A stretch of DNA of 64,000 nucleotides, from contig MU053994.1 of assembly GCA_013239625.1 (NCBI GenBank), positions 3,415,589 to 3,479,588 of the forward strand, read 5' to 3'. Below the pieces are notes generated by a model. The model searched no databases. It saw nothing but the letters and a program-made list of their open reading frames with translations, and had not been told where the DNA came from. The translations under genes and the position numbers were made by a program. The first letter of the stretch is position 1. Each line of letters opens with the position of its first letter. The DNA comes from Lama guanicoe (Eukaryota). Below are positions 38,406 through 51,815 of the stretch, in pieces.

Positions 38406-40425
38406 TCGTCTACTAAATCAACTTCAGAGGGCAGCAGCAAGAGTCAAATGGGAAAATGGACGTGAAGGGACGGCGTGGAATGCAGCACTGTAGGGCTCAG
38501 TGTTCACTGGGAAGGAAGAGATGCAAGGAGCATGAAAGATGGTCTCCAGCTCCAGGAGAGGAGAGGTGTGAGTTAGGTGTGGCTTCTGTGCTGGGAAGTC
38601 ATAACTCTGAGGAAAGTTTCTGACAAGTGCGCTGGAGCACCAGGCTGAAGCCAGACAGCGTAAATCATCAGATGCCTGCAGTTTTTTCTCTTTCTTCAAG
38701 ATTGTTCGCCCTCCTGAGTCTACGAAAAGTTTACGAGCTTTATTACTCATTTCTTTGTTAATCCCCAGCTTCTCATTTTATTAGAAGTCACCCTTCTCAC
38801 ACCTTCTGTTTTCACCTTAAGTTTCTCTCTTTCCATTTTTTTTTCTATTCTGATAAAAGTCTGATTTTAATTCAATGCTCTGACATTGGAGTCAAGGAGT
38901 GAACAGAGACTTAGTGCTTGCCACAATGAAAGCTGGTCGTTTCTCCTGTTTTCAGTTTATTTTTAATTTTGTCCCTTTGGTGTAACTACTGTGTGTTTCA
39001 ACTCCCATATTCACCATTTGTGATGTGCACATTTGTTATACTGAAAGATCATACATAGAAATGGATGCTCTAAAGACCTCTCCATTTGACACACACACAT
39101 TTCTGCTTGGTATACGGTTGAACATGCCCCTGGTATAGTCTCTTATCACTTTACCCATCTTCAAAATGAAGGCAGGATTGCTGGGGACCCTGCCTTCAAA
39201 GATTAAAACAATTTAAGTGTCACCGGATCTGACATTTCAGGGACTAAAATCCAAACACTGATTGAACAGCACAAAACTAACAACATAAAAATGTATTTGA
39301 AATTATAAGGGCAAAAATGCAAAAGATAGCTTACGTCTAGGATAATTGTGGCACATTTTCCATAATCCAAGTATCAATTAAATGGATATATTAAATAGTC
39401 CCAATAGAAAAATCACAATTTAAAAAACACAAATGCACTATATATGGATTCAAACTATAGATTCCAAGAATGTTAAACTCAAAATGTTTATTTTTAGATG
39501 TGAATGTGAAAGATGTATGTATTAAGTGCTATTAATTCCTTGCTGATATAGCAAACAAAAACTAGTATTTTCCTACAAATCAGCTCATGAAGCAGAGTAG
39601 GAAGGAATGTGAAAGTAGGTGATAATAATGATGTGAAGTTGTGATTATCTGACTGTTTAGAGATACGAGCACAGAACATTCCTGTGAGTGACCTGATCCA
39701 CAGTTATCATGGCTATTTTGAAGTGCTGCTTTATCTATAGTAACTGGGAACTCTTTCCACTTGTTCATTTATTTTTCATTTTGTATTTTTTCAGGGAAAT
39801 TTTGAAAGATTAAAAAATAATCTATTTCTATATTTAGTGCCCTTATGTTTAACTATGTGCCTATATTTCATCAATTTATTTCCTTTTAAAAGGGGGCACT
39901 AGTAATATGGAAAGTAATATTTTATCTTCTGACCAAAACTGGAGAAACACACCTAAACTGAATCAACCCACGTATATACGGCTTGAAAACCACTCCTCCT
40001 ACCAGTTTCCTAAGACATTTGGGCTGTCCAACAACAGTAGAACAATAACTGTGCCCTCCCGGGTCTACCTTTTATTCTGTCCCTCAAATAAGGGAGAGTT
40101 AAGAAAGTTGTTGTAGGTAGTCTGTTTTAAAAAGATTTTTTCCTGAAAAGCATTTATTATTCATTTTACTATTAGTTGTTATTGCAATAGAATTCTTCAC
40201 GCTATCTTTTAAAAGTCAGATGCTACTTTCAGAGTGTCATGATTCTATAACAGACTAATTTGACCAAGGGTCAAGTATAAGTTGGGTATTTACAAATGTG
40301 GCTGAAGAAAGGAATGCTTTCTGACATTCTTAACACTGGAGTAGCTATCTCAACCACAATAGCTAAGCTTTAAAGGTCAAATTTAAGAGTTAGCTTTCCC
40401 AGAATCACTCAATAAGGATTTAGAT

Positions 40426-40740
40426 CAGCACCATCCAAAAGAAATATAATGCGAGCCACATATATAATTTAAAAAATTTTAGTAGCCACATTAAAAAAGT
40501 AAAAAGAAACAGGAGAAATTTATTTTAACATATCTCATGCAATCCAGTAATATCCAAAGTATTATTATTTCAACATATAATCACATTAAAAAGTATTAAT
40601 GAAATATGTTACATTCTCTTTTCGTACTAAGTTTTGCGATCCAGTGTGTTTTACACTTACACATCTCAACTAGGAGCAGTCATATTTCAAGAGCTCAATA
40701 GCCACATGTGGCTAGTGGCTACCAAATTGGAATGGTGCAG
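40426..40740. mobile_element. MER33-type hAT-Charlie MITE, near full length
   Basis: 'gaaatataatgcgagccacatatataatttaaa...tagtagccacattaaaaaagtaaaaagaaacagg...ctcaatagccacatgtggctagtggctacc'. Confidence 0.9.
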
Positions 40741-41139
40741 CTGTGGATAAACTGACTTGCTTTGATTCTTATCCTCTTCCAATTGTGAGTTCTTCTGCAT
40801 GACTTACACAATTATTTGTAAAGTCATTCAGTCATTCCAAAAACAATCTAAACTCAAACAGCTTTTTTTTAAACAAAAATTTCTATAGAAGGAAACTCTA
40901 CAGTGTTTAATAACCCAAATCCGTCACTTAAAAACTAAATCTGAAATTTCTTCACTATTGTTAATTGAAATCCTTCACTTGTTCAGTAGTTTTAAATTAT
41001 TTTATCTTCTTAATCTACCAAACACGCAAAGGGTAGTCAACATCCATTGTACAGTAGCCCTTTGGACACTTCAGAATTTAGCGAATGACCTTAGACTGTG
41101 CAGTGTAACATTTGGGAGTTTGTCTCTCTGTATGTCCTC

Positions 41140-41310
41140 ATTTAATAATTATAATAACCCTGCGAGGTAAATATGTCTAGTTTCACTTTACAGAAGAAGA
41201 CACTGAGGCTCGGGTTCAGTGAGGTAAGTTGTTGAGATCACACAACTAGCAAGGAGGGGAAGTAGATCTAATAAGTGGAGTCCAGTGCTCTTTACATCAT
41301 AACACAACAG
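41140..41310 (-). mobile_element. MIR fragment
   Basis: 'aataaccctgcgaggta...ttacagaagaagacactgaggctc...gatcacacaactag'. Confidence 0.7.
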
Positions 41311-41621
41311 CTCGTAGGGCTGCATAGTTTATATATGTGCCCTTAAGATCTAGTCACAGAACAGTGCTAATGCGGTAATACTGACTTGGGTGACAAGCTA
41401 CCCGGACTGCTACAAAACCAGCTTATTTCTGCTGCACTGTCATCAGTGATGATCAGAAATTAGACACTGATCATTTCCTGACATATATATATAAGTATCC
41501 TTATTCGTGTCCAAAGAATTTCCAAGTTGTGTTAGAAACTCAATAGTTAAAATTCACTAAGAGCTGACCCAGGCTCCAAGTGCACATAAAGAAGTTCTAA
41601 TCTAGTCATAGAAATAATTAG

Positions 41622-42080
41622 GAATACTGCTCAGCCATAAAAAAGAATAAAATAATGCCATTTGCAGCACCATGGATGGACCTAGAGATTATCATTCTAA
41701 GTGAAGTAAATCAGAAACAGAAAGAAAAATGCCATATGATATCACTCATATATGGAATCTAAAACAAGAAAAAAAAAAGAGGACACTAATGAACTCATCT
41801 ACAAAACAGAAACAGACTTGCAGACATAGTAAACAATATTATGGTTCTCGGGGGAAAGGGGGTGGGAAGAGATAAATTTGGGAGTTTGAGATTTGCAAAT
41901 GTTAGCCACTATATATAAAATACATTAAAAAACAAATTTCTTCTGTATGGCACAGGAAACTATATTCAATATTTTGTAATAACCTTTAATGAAAAAGAAT
42001 ATGCATGTATATGCATGACTTAGGACACTGTGCTGTACACCAGAAATGAACATATAACTAACTATACTTCAATTAAAAAA
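41622..42080 (+). mobile_element. 5'-truncated camelid/artiodactyl L1 3' end
   Basis: ORF2 end 'cagccataaaaaagaataaaataatgccatttgcagcaccatggatggacctagag' followed by 3'UTR and an A tail. Degenerate TSD aaataattagga (41612-41623) / aaacagttagga (42079-42090). Confidence 0.9.
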
Positions 42081-43865
42081 ACAGTTAGGACAAGTATTAA
42101 TGTGTTCATTTGAATCAATATTAATAACAAAATAAGTAAATGAAAGTCATTACTGACTCAACATTTTTTCCTTGGTGTGCTGAAATTAATGACCATATAA
42201 TATTTTAAGAAAGGGAGCCAAGCAGAACCTTGGAAGGATTATAGCAGCAGAGACAAATTCTGTTGCCGAGTTCCACCTTTATCTAATAACCACTTTGAAG
42301 ACTAAAGATCCCAGCTGCCTTTGGCAATAACACAGGTCAGGTTGGCTTTAATGAGGCTATCTTTCTATAAATCAAGAAAGCTGACCCTCTCAACTAGTGG
42401 ATGACCAGAGGCCCAGACAGGCCCACACACAAATCTGGGTTAACAGCAAACTCATTATTTCTTTGATCTTTTTACACATTTTACTACCACATTTTATTAT
42501 CTTTTTTCATATACAAAGAGAAATCCAAGCAGCTTCTAATTTCTTTGAATTCTTGCCCATTTAAAACAATCTTATGGCCTAAAATCTCATCTGTAAGGTG
42601 AATAAAGAAAGGAAGCAACATACCATTAATTGAGAATGTTTGATAAAAAATTTGTTCTTAAATAGGCAAATATATTAGTTAGAAGTCAATCAACTACAGT
42701 AAGCATTTACAAATTAATGGGGTTTTGGTAATATTTCCCAAAGAATTTTCATTTCTGATATTAAAGCAGTCTGCCCCGTTGAACACCAAATTCAAACTAA
42801 ATGCAACACTATATTTGATGTGTTATCAAAAACTATCAACTGTAAAATATAACAAAGCTAATTACTGTAAGAACTACTTGTCTCCCTGTTCACTCTTCAT
42901 TAGGATGAGTTTCGTAAATAATTATCTAAAGTGTCATTTACTTTCTGGAGACATAGGTCACTCTTAATCGATACTGAAGTACTATAGCTCACTGAGCTTA
43001 GTAATTAGATATTAATAAAGATTAGAGGTGACCAATTCAATGATCTTTACAAATATTTATCTCCTGAGGTGTTAAAATGTCCTGAAAGAAGAGCATTTGC
43101 TTAAAAACTATCTGTAGATAAGAGCCAACATTAGGTTAAAAAAAACCCAAATGATTTGTCCCTTAAAGGATATAATTCTGAGTCATCTATTCAAGGAGTT
43201 ACTCTACCGTAAATTTGGTGAAAATCTGTTTTAGACTCAACTAATAAAAATAGAAAGATGTTTATTATGTGGATAAAAGGGAAAAGTAGAAATGACTGAA
43301 ATCCAAATCACATAAAGTTCCAGCATTAGGGTTTTTCTCAAATATATGAATGACCATTATTAAGATGATATTTTACACATGATAAAAGTAGAAACACAAC
43401 GTTCTAAACATCTCTACAAGGCACAATTCTTCTGTTGGTTTTCATTTTAGGAAATGTAAACCAAAAAAGCTTTACAAAAAGGGAGAAACATGGAGGCATT
43501 TTACTATTATAAAAATCAGACATCTATTTCAAAATGGTACTCCTAACTTTATAAAAGAAAATTGGAGAAATACCAGTTTATGCCTCAATTATTTTTCAAT
43601 ATTAAAGTCTTAAAAGAACATACATGTTAGGAGCTGAAGGAACTTTGTGGGATGATAGAGTGTATACATTTAAACTCATTGTAAATATATTAAAACTCAC
43701 TGGACTGTACACTTAAATAGGTTCCTTTTATTGTGCATAAATTTTTACTGAATAAAGTTTTAAAAAGTTTTTTAATCGCAGTAAGACAGGAATTCAATAT
43801 GTCTAAGTAAAAAAAGTTATTCATATTAACATAATTAAGAAAGTGTAAAATACAAGTTATCTATA

Positions 43866-44078
43866 CAGAGTCCCCACCACCCCCCATTCAAAAGTAGAGT
43901 GTTTCTATGAAAACTTTCGTAAGTCTAAACGGCATAAGGTGAAGAAGTAATTATCTTTTTTCATAAAAGTGAAAATCCTCTTCAGATTTCTTTCAGTTAG
44001 TGAAAACAGGTACTAATACAGGTGTTTTGTAAAAGCAAAGTGTCGTAAAGTGAACTTTCACAAAGCAAAGGATACCTG
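43866..44078. mobile_element. TcMar-Tigger-type MITE
   Basis: CAG...CTG termini with TA on the left side. Internal repeated 'cgtaaa/ttacg'-type motifs. Confidence 0.65.
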
Positions 44079-45861
44079 CATTTATCTTTTATTTTTATTT
44101 ATTTCCAGCTGAGGAGTTCAACAGGAGTAAGTGGCAGGCTAGGCTTCCTTACTACCCATCTGCCCCCAAACCTTCTTCCTCCAGGATGGGGCCAGCTCAG
44201 GAAATACTGCCAGCAGGACCAAAATTCTCCCCAGAAAGCAATTTGTAGTGTTTTAATATATGAATTTTTTTTAAATGACTGAAGCTGAGATTCTCTATAG
44301 CATGGTGAAATAACTACCATTAAATTTTAATAATAATAATATGGGTTTTCCCCCATCCAGAAGTAGAATCTTTTTGTCAATATATCTCATGATAGTAAAA
44401 AACATATTTATAGTAAAAAAAAATAAGTCCCAGTGTATGACACTTACTTTGAAAAGGATCAATTAAAAACAATTAGCTGATTGTTTTGATAAATAACAAC
44501 TGGAAATCAGGGATTATGCATAACCCTTCAGACTCATGGCCTCAACCACCAAATTACTTTATTTTGGTGGTCCACTGCCTAAATCCAGATTTATATGGAT
44601 ACCTGCAAGTGGCTAAGAGGTATGTGTAATTTAGTTTGCCCTGTAATCTTAATTTAAAAAAAACTAATCAAGTAGCTTCAAAGAGTAGTACTAGAATCAC
44701 TGACAGTAGCTGAAAAGTGGCAGAGAGGAGAGGATGGTTTTTGTATACGGTGAAACTCTGGACTAAAACATGGATTTCTGAAGAGGCCATATTTCTCCTT
44801 GTTTTAATAAAATTTTAAGTAAATAATATACTGCTTTGCCTTCAGGATAAACTATCTTCATTTAATCTTTTCTACAAAACCAGGAGGTAGTGTACTTAAC
44901 TATCAGAAAATGTGGCAGCGATCTAAATCAGCAATTTTTAAGTTATTTGGGGCTAGAAACCATTTTATAAATCTGTTAAAGTGATAGACAGTGATAAGGA
45001 TTTTGCAGTAAAATATAAGGGAAGCACAAAAGCCCAAGGGGCTGATCTAGATATTGATGCCCAAGGACCCAGATCATGACAGATAATCATTTAATCCATG
45101 TCATGGAGGCCACAGGAGCACTGACTGATGAGACTGGAAACCATAGAAGCTAGCACTTCCTTGTACAGCTACATGATGGGCACAATTTAAGAATTATCAT
45201 TACTTAGATTAAAAAACATAAGTATAACCCTCACATCATTTTAACTTTGACACCAAACCTAGCACTCTGCTGTGTGAGATACATGAAACTATCATAAAGT
45301 GTGCTTTTCTTCTTTTTCTGAAAAATTTCAGAAAGTTCTCTTGGGGACATTTCATGTGGCCCAATTTTCTGTTTCCCATTTTGATATCAAAACAATATAA
45401 ATTGTTTACTTATTAGAGTACAATATTTACACACATAAAATATATATATATAACATTTATGCTAAGGGTTTTCCCTGTTGGTTAAGGTTGAACACCAGAA
45501 AATATATTTCCTTACTCTTTAAAGAGTGTATCACCCGCTCTTTTTCTTGACTTTTTTCTCAATAGCTCTTTTGCCATTTCATCAGACTTGGAATGGGTAA
45601 AATATAAGTTTTCTTAAAAACTGGAATGGAAGCAGAGGCTGATCCACACACAGCTGAGTGCAATCCCAGCAAGGCAGAGCCAGTGAAAACAAGTAGAAAG
45701 AAGTCAGGAAGGGCCTTAATCCCTCTTCACTTCAGAACCATTGCTCACTTAGTAACAAAAGGCCTAATTCATACCTCAGTACTATGGGAAACAAATACAA
45801 TCAATAACTTACCTAGGTTATTCTAGATAATGGTTTATTTCATGTAAGTGACTTCTCCAGA

Positions 45862-45974
45862 AAGGGTACCAATGCACCTTGGTTCGCCCAGGACTTCCTT
45901 GTTGCAGCACTGAAAGTTCTGTGTCCCAAGAACCTGCCCTCAGTCCCAGGCAAACCTGGATGGTTGGTCCCCTA
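45862..45974. mobile_element. MER81 hAT-Blackjack MITE
   Basis: 'agggtaccaatgcaccttggttcgcccaggact...gcactgaaagt...ctcagtcccaggcaaacctggatggttggtccccta'. Flanks tctccaga/tttccaca are a degenerate 8-bp TSD. Confidence 0.85.
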
Positions 45975-46024
45975 TTTCCACAGATCTGGCACTTATTCTT
46001 TCAAATGCTAATACTCTTCTGTCA

Positions 46025-46255
46025 GGAGGCAGTTATGATATAATAGAGCAACAAATTTGTAGTCAGAAGGCCTGTCTTTACACCTCGCCACCATCACTTA
46101 ATAGCTGTATGACCTTGATCATCAGCTTCCTTGTCTATAAAATGGAGAATAAGAGAATAGCCCCCATATTGGTTGTAGCCAGCCCTGGATGATTTAATAA
46201 AGTGTGTGAAAGTGCTTGCCGTGGTGCATGACACAGAGCATGTACACAGTAAGTT
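46025..46255 (+). mobile_element. MIR SINE, near full length
   Basis: 'cacttaatagctgtatgaccttg...tctataaaatggagaataagaga...gtgtgtgaaagtgctt...cacagtaag'. Confidence 0.8.
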
Positions 46256-46614
46256 TTGTTTCTTTTCCCTGTGATCATTTTTGGTGGAAATAATCCTTTC
46301 CTACCTTTACCAAATGTCAATCAAACCAAGTTTAATGACAAGAAGTTGACAATGTGACCATCCAATTACTAAACCACACTGCTACATAGTTCTAAACCTA
46401 CTCTTACATTGAAGTTTTTCATCTACATTTTGGAAACCATGTAATATAGCTCATAAGGAACTGAATCTGAAGTTGACCAAAGAATTATTTGAAAACAAGT
46501 AAAAAAGCAGGTATAGTTGAAGTGTGTAATAATGACACTGGTTAAAAAAAAAAGTAAAACAGAATCCACACAGCTGCACGTGTGTGGCCTACTGACTACC
46601 AGCATCATTATCCT

Positions 46615-47430
46615 TCTAGGCAGCCCTTGGAGTCATTCTCACACCAGCTCCTCCTCCTCCATTTTCTATCTGCAGTTGCCAAAACCTGTCCATTCTATTT
46701 CTGCGACACCTGTCAAAACAATCTGCCCCTTACTGCACTTACGCTAGTTTCAGCCCTCATGGATTCCTGTCTGGATCACAGCAAAGATCTTTTAATGGAT
46801 TTCTTTGCCTCTAGTTTCTTCTTCTTCTTCTACTCATGCAACTGTTACCATAGAGTTACTCTAAAACAGGGATTACCATATTACTCCAAAAACCTTCATT
46901 GCTCTCCATTCTATATACCAAGACATTATAATGCCTCAGCTCCTCCTGGAAAGCCTTCCAAAAAGAATTTAAGTTAAACAACTTAACTGGGTTCCACCGA
47001 ACTATTTAGCAACATAATTGGAAATGGAACCTAGTTCTCTTACTTCTTGGTCAAGTAATTTTGGTTCATTTCCTTTCTTGCTTTCTTTCTTTTTTTAAGG
47101 ATGTCACACATATTATATTCCTTTCTAACTTCTCCCATCATCCTCCCTGACCCTATCCTGAACTACCTGGAGCTTCTGCAACACCCCCTCCACCACCCAT
47201 GCTCTCTGTGCTCTTGAAAATGCTGCTCCCTCTGTTTGATGCTCTGTATGCTTCCCTCTATGCTGGTAAACCCCGACTCATCAAAATTCTACTCACACTT
47301 TTGCTTCAAAGTTCTCCTTAACAATCTCCCCAGCTGAGGTAGGCATACCCCGCTGTGATCTACACACCTCAGCATCTCAGCATTTCCCAAACTGTACCGC
47401 TGCTGGGGATTTACACTCCTGCCAACCCTG
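46615..47430 (+). mobile_element. L2 fragments
   Basis: 'cttggagtcattctc...atctgcagttgccaaaacctgtccattctatttct...ctggatcacagcaaagatcttttaatgg' are L2 motifs. Confidence 0.6.
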
Positions 47431-48334
47431 CTGCACCCAGCACAAAGAACTCACTTGACCAACATCTATTACATCTTCTGTTTCACATCAGTGTATATGC
47501 ATCACTGAATCAGAGAGTGTGAGAAATGGGACATTAAGGGAGGCATCGTCTCATGCTCTTCTCCAGCCTCACATTTTACTCATAAATAAAATGAGGCCCT
47601 AGGAAGACAAATGGCATGCTTGAAGTCACACAGCCAGCTGACAGCACAACTGGAAGATGAACTCAGGTGTCTGATTCTCAGTTTAGCAATCTTTCTGCTG
47701 CCCTATATGCTACTGGAAGAGGACTCTAAAAATGTCCAAAATTTGAGGCAATCTACTCCAGGTAGCACATATGTACTGACCAAAGCATTTTCAGAGAATG
47801 ACAAAAAAAAATGCCAACTATATGCAGATAACTGGGTGCTAATGTTATTCTCTATATTGTATTACCATGACTTCAAGTGCAAAACTGCAAGGCACTCCCA
47901 CTACTGAGTACACTGGCTTTAAACAAAAGTAATTATGCCTAACATTTCTACATCACTGTATAGTGTATGTACTATATTATTTAATATTATAAATTACATA
48001 GCCAAAAAAGTCTTGTCTTGAAAGGACTTAAGATCTAAAGTTTCATGTAAATTTTAACAATTTCTTAAGTCCATTTATATATGTGGATTTTGTCTTTGGT
48101 TAATTATTCATGAGTAATTGTATTAGCTTAAATGATCACAATTTCAAAAGAAGCAGGTTTATGAAAAGAGCACATCTAATTTTTTTTCCACTAGAGGACA
48201 CTAAAGATCATATTATAGTTCATTAGACCAATAATATCTCCAAGATCCTCGGCTATAAACAATAGTATTATTGGTCTTGATGATATAATACAAAGATGAG
48301 ATGATTATTTGCCTTTGACATGTCTAACAACAGC

Positions 48335-48570
48335 AATAACCATCACCTAACACTGTCTGAGTGATTACTATGAGTCAGGCTCTATATTAGATGTGTAGAC
48401 TCATTTAACCCTCATAACAACCCTAAGAGGTAGGTGACACTCATGTCTTGGCTGAGGCGGAGAGCAGTTGAGGAACTCACCCACAGAACTAGTAAAACTG
48501 CGGAGCCAGGATCTGATCCCAGGCAGTCTGGCCCCAGTACCTACGCTCTGAACACTCGCTATACTGCTTC
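48335..48570 (-). mobile_element. MIR SINE
   Basis: 'actcatttaaccctcataacaaccctaagaggtagg...ggagccaggatctgatcccaggcagtctggcccc'. Confidence 0.85.
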
Positions 48571-48814
48571 TTAGGTCTACAACTACTCAATTCTGAAGGT
48601 GAACTTTATAGGTAAGCTATTTCTGTATTACTTCCAAAAATTGAAATATAAAGTCTCAAAGTTCAATAAGGGCAAATTTCAGTAAGAAAAATCGTAATTC
48701 CTTTCCAAAAAAATCTCAGTTTGGTCCTTTCAACTGAAGTCACCTGATTATATTTTTGAAAAGCTAGTTTGCTATAAGGTGCAGAATTATTAAAAATAAA
48801 ATAACTAGGCAGGG

Positions 48815-50470
48815 CTTCTGGAATGGCTATGTGAGCGCAGGGAAACCACCCCCGCCCCCTAGGAGACATATATTTAGCTGGTCAAAATTAACAGTCATTC
48901 AAAGCCTCTGGAGATTGATCAAAAGGCTTACAAGAAACTGAGAAGCACTTATTCAATAAAATCTTCAGAAACTCACTAAGAACAACAGAGGCCGTGGCCA
49001 CAGCTCTGCCCTCCGGAAGAGCTGTTCTAAGGGGCTCAGCCGCTGTGTGCAGTTCAGCTCTTTGAGGCAGAAGAGCTATGTGGGGGGACTCTGCAGCTCA
49101 TGAACACCGGCAGATCCCATTTTCCACAGTTCCATGATGTGGAAGGCCTATATCGAGTCAGTGGTAGAAGCTGGATTGCAGCACCTATTCCCCACCCAAA
49201 ACTCCAGCTATATCCAGGTTGTCTGGGCGGGGCAGCCAGTAAAGACTGCTGCAGGGGAGCTACAGAGGCGATCTTGGCAGCCGAGTGGCAGCTCCCATCT
49301 CCGTCAACTTCTAGGCAGAACTAGTCAAAGTACCTTTAGCACCTGGTGAACAATGGCAGATGTCATCCTCCCTGGCTTTGGGTGTGGAAGCTCCAGATTG
49401 AGTGGTAGTAGCACCCAGGAGGGAGCACCAGTTCATGCTCCCTGCTCCAAGAAAACCCACATAGCCTTGCTCCATAGGGAGGATCTGGGCAGAACAGCCA
49501 GTGAGGAGTGAGCTACCCTTTCCCCTAGCTCTTGCTCCATAGCAGAGATTCTGCTCAGGGGACAGTATAGCAAGCCTCACAGACTAGCAAACCCTGTATC
49601 TGACACGGGTCCCAACTTTAATTGGATCAGAATATGGAGCAATTTGTACCACAGAGAATTATCAAAAACAATATAGCAATTACTAGCAATTAGTATAGTG
49701 TGATACCAACAGAGGTAGATCACCTTAATGAGATCAGGGGAAGCAACAGTCAAAGAGAGCCCAGTTAAAGCCATTCATTCCTAATGGTCAGGAAGGTTGT
49801 GCACATGCCCAAGGCTGCTCGCTCTGAAAAGAGACATCAGAGGTTGCACTAAAGTCCAGCAAATCACTAAACAAATAAACAAGTAAACAAGAATAACAAG
49901 CCCTGTGATGAGGGAGGAGTATTAGTATCCAGAGCTGCTATAACAAAAAAGTTGAGAGACAAGCAAAAAACAGGGAAGTGTGACCTCTGTACAGGTTTTT
50001 TAAAAATAGCAGAAAACAGAAATTGCTTTTGAGGGAGCCCAGATGTTGGACTTAGGAGAAAAAACTTCAAAGCAGCTAGTAGAAACATATTCATAGAACT
50101 AAAGGAAATTCATGCTTAAAGAATTAAAGGAAGGTGTTATGACAATGTCTCATCGAATACAGAACATCAGTAGAGAAAGAAATTATAAAAAAGAACAAAA
50201 CTTATATTCTACAGTTAAGAGAACAATAACCCAAATGAAAAATTTATTAACGGGGCTCAAACGTAGATTTGAGCTGGCAGAAGAACCAGCAAACTTGAAG
50301 ACAGATTGACAGAGATTATACAATCTGAAGAATACAGAGGAAAAAAGATTTATGAAGAAAAAATGAACAGAGCCTTAGAGAAATGTGAGACACCATTAAC
50401 ACACTAACATACGCATAATGGGAGTACCATAAGGAGAGGAGAGAGATAAAAGAGCTGAAAAAATTTACTG
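48815..50470 (+). mobile_element. Old L1 5' UTR plus ORF1 N-terminal remnant
   Basis: A GC-richer 5'UTR-like segment is followed by ORF1-like sequence. ORF 50112-50309 (ITQMKNLLTGLKRRFELAEE) resembles the L1 ORF1 coiled coil. Confidence 0.8.
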
Positions 50471-51373
50471 ATATAAAAACTGAATAAACAAATAATTTGG
50501 GAGAAACCAAACTTCCCATGTAGAAGATATTCAAATACTAACCAGGTTATCTGATTCTATTTTTTAAGAGTTCATGAATCTGTTTCTCTGTCCATCCCAA
50601 CTGCCACTTGGGAGTTAGTTGAGACTATCATTTATCTTGTCTAGATTACTGGAAAAGCCCTCAAACCTCATCTTCATATTATAGTCAGAGTTCTTTCTAA
50701 AATGAAAATGCAATCATATCTGACTACAGTTCCCTTACCCCACACTTAAACCTTATTCCCCTTAAACATGGCTTACTGGTCCATTTGGAGCTTTTCAGAA
50801 TCATTACGGCACTTTTTAAAAAGAGGTTCCTGGGCTATACCCATACCTAGTATACTGGACTTGCTGAGAAAAGCAGCCCAAAGATCAACCAATGCTTTTA
50901 ATAAGCACCACCCTCAGCCCCCTCCCCCACAATTCTTCTGCACAATGAAGAATAAGAACCACCGTGAACTGGCCCCCGCTTATATCTTTATCCTTTGCCC
51001 TTCTTGCTCCCAGAAAGTTTCAAATGGTGATCATTATGTGACCACAGAGGGCTATACTGTAGGAGACAGTAACCAGAGATTCATACAATATAATACATAA
51101 ATGCTTATAATAATTTAGAGAATCATAATTTAACTGTTTGAATAAATAAACCAATACTTCCATTTAAACATGGTGGTCTAAATACATGCATTTCTCTTCT
51201 ACCTCTTGAAGCCCAACTAGTATTTCAGTAAACGTATTAAAAAGACATAGACCCACAAAGATAAAGAGAATGAGAGATGACAAGGCAGAAGCACAGTAGA
51301 TAAGTAAACAAAATCCTAGCTAGCAGAAAGTAAATGGACAAAGTTAGCAGATCAGAGAAAGCTGAAATCCATA

Positions 51374-51815
51374 TGTGGCAGCCATTAAGATGTGACCTTC
51401 AATCTCTGACTCCAGGTCTGTGAACAACTGACAATCCCAGGTTCAGTGCTATGAATCCATCACTGTGTCCCCATCAACACCATGCTTCCCACAAGCTACT
51501 CTCAGCCAGTGACTAAAAGCAGCAGGACTACTAAGGTAGGCTCATTATTATAAGATAAGGGACTCTGATGGCCCACAATGGCTCAAGGACTCCCACTAGG
51601 CCTCACCAAAACTTTCTTGGAACAGCACCTTAGTCTAAGATTTTACTCCTATCCTTTCTCCTCCACAGGAATCAGACCTGCATAATCTGTGATGGCTCTC
51701 CTAGCCTCCTTTGGCTCCCTCCACTTTCATTTTCTCTTACAGGTAGTTTCCCAATAAATTTCTTGCATATCTAACACTTTTTTGGCATCTACTTTTTGCA
51801 GAACCTGAACTAACA
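51374..51815 (+). mobile_element. Solo ERVL LTR, LTR16-like
   Basis: TGTGGCAGCC start; ends 'cccaataaatttcttgcatatctaa...tggcatctact...agaacctgaactaaca'. Confidence 0.8.

Noticed and set aside
45807..45830. Perfect minus-strand donor AG|GTAAGT
   Set aside because: No credible upstream acceptor or pyrimidine tract. Isolated consensus donors are common in long introns.
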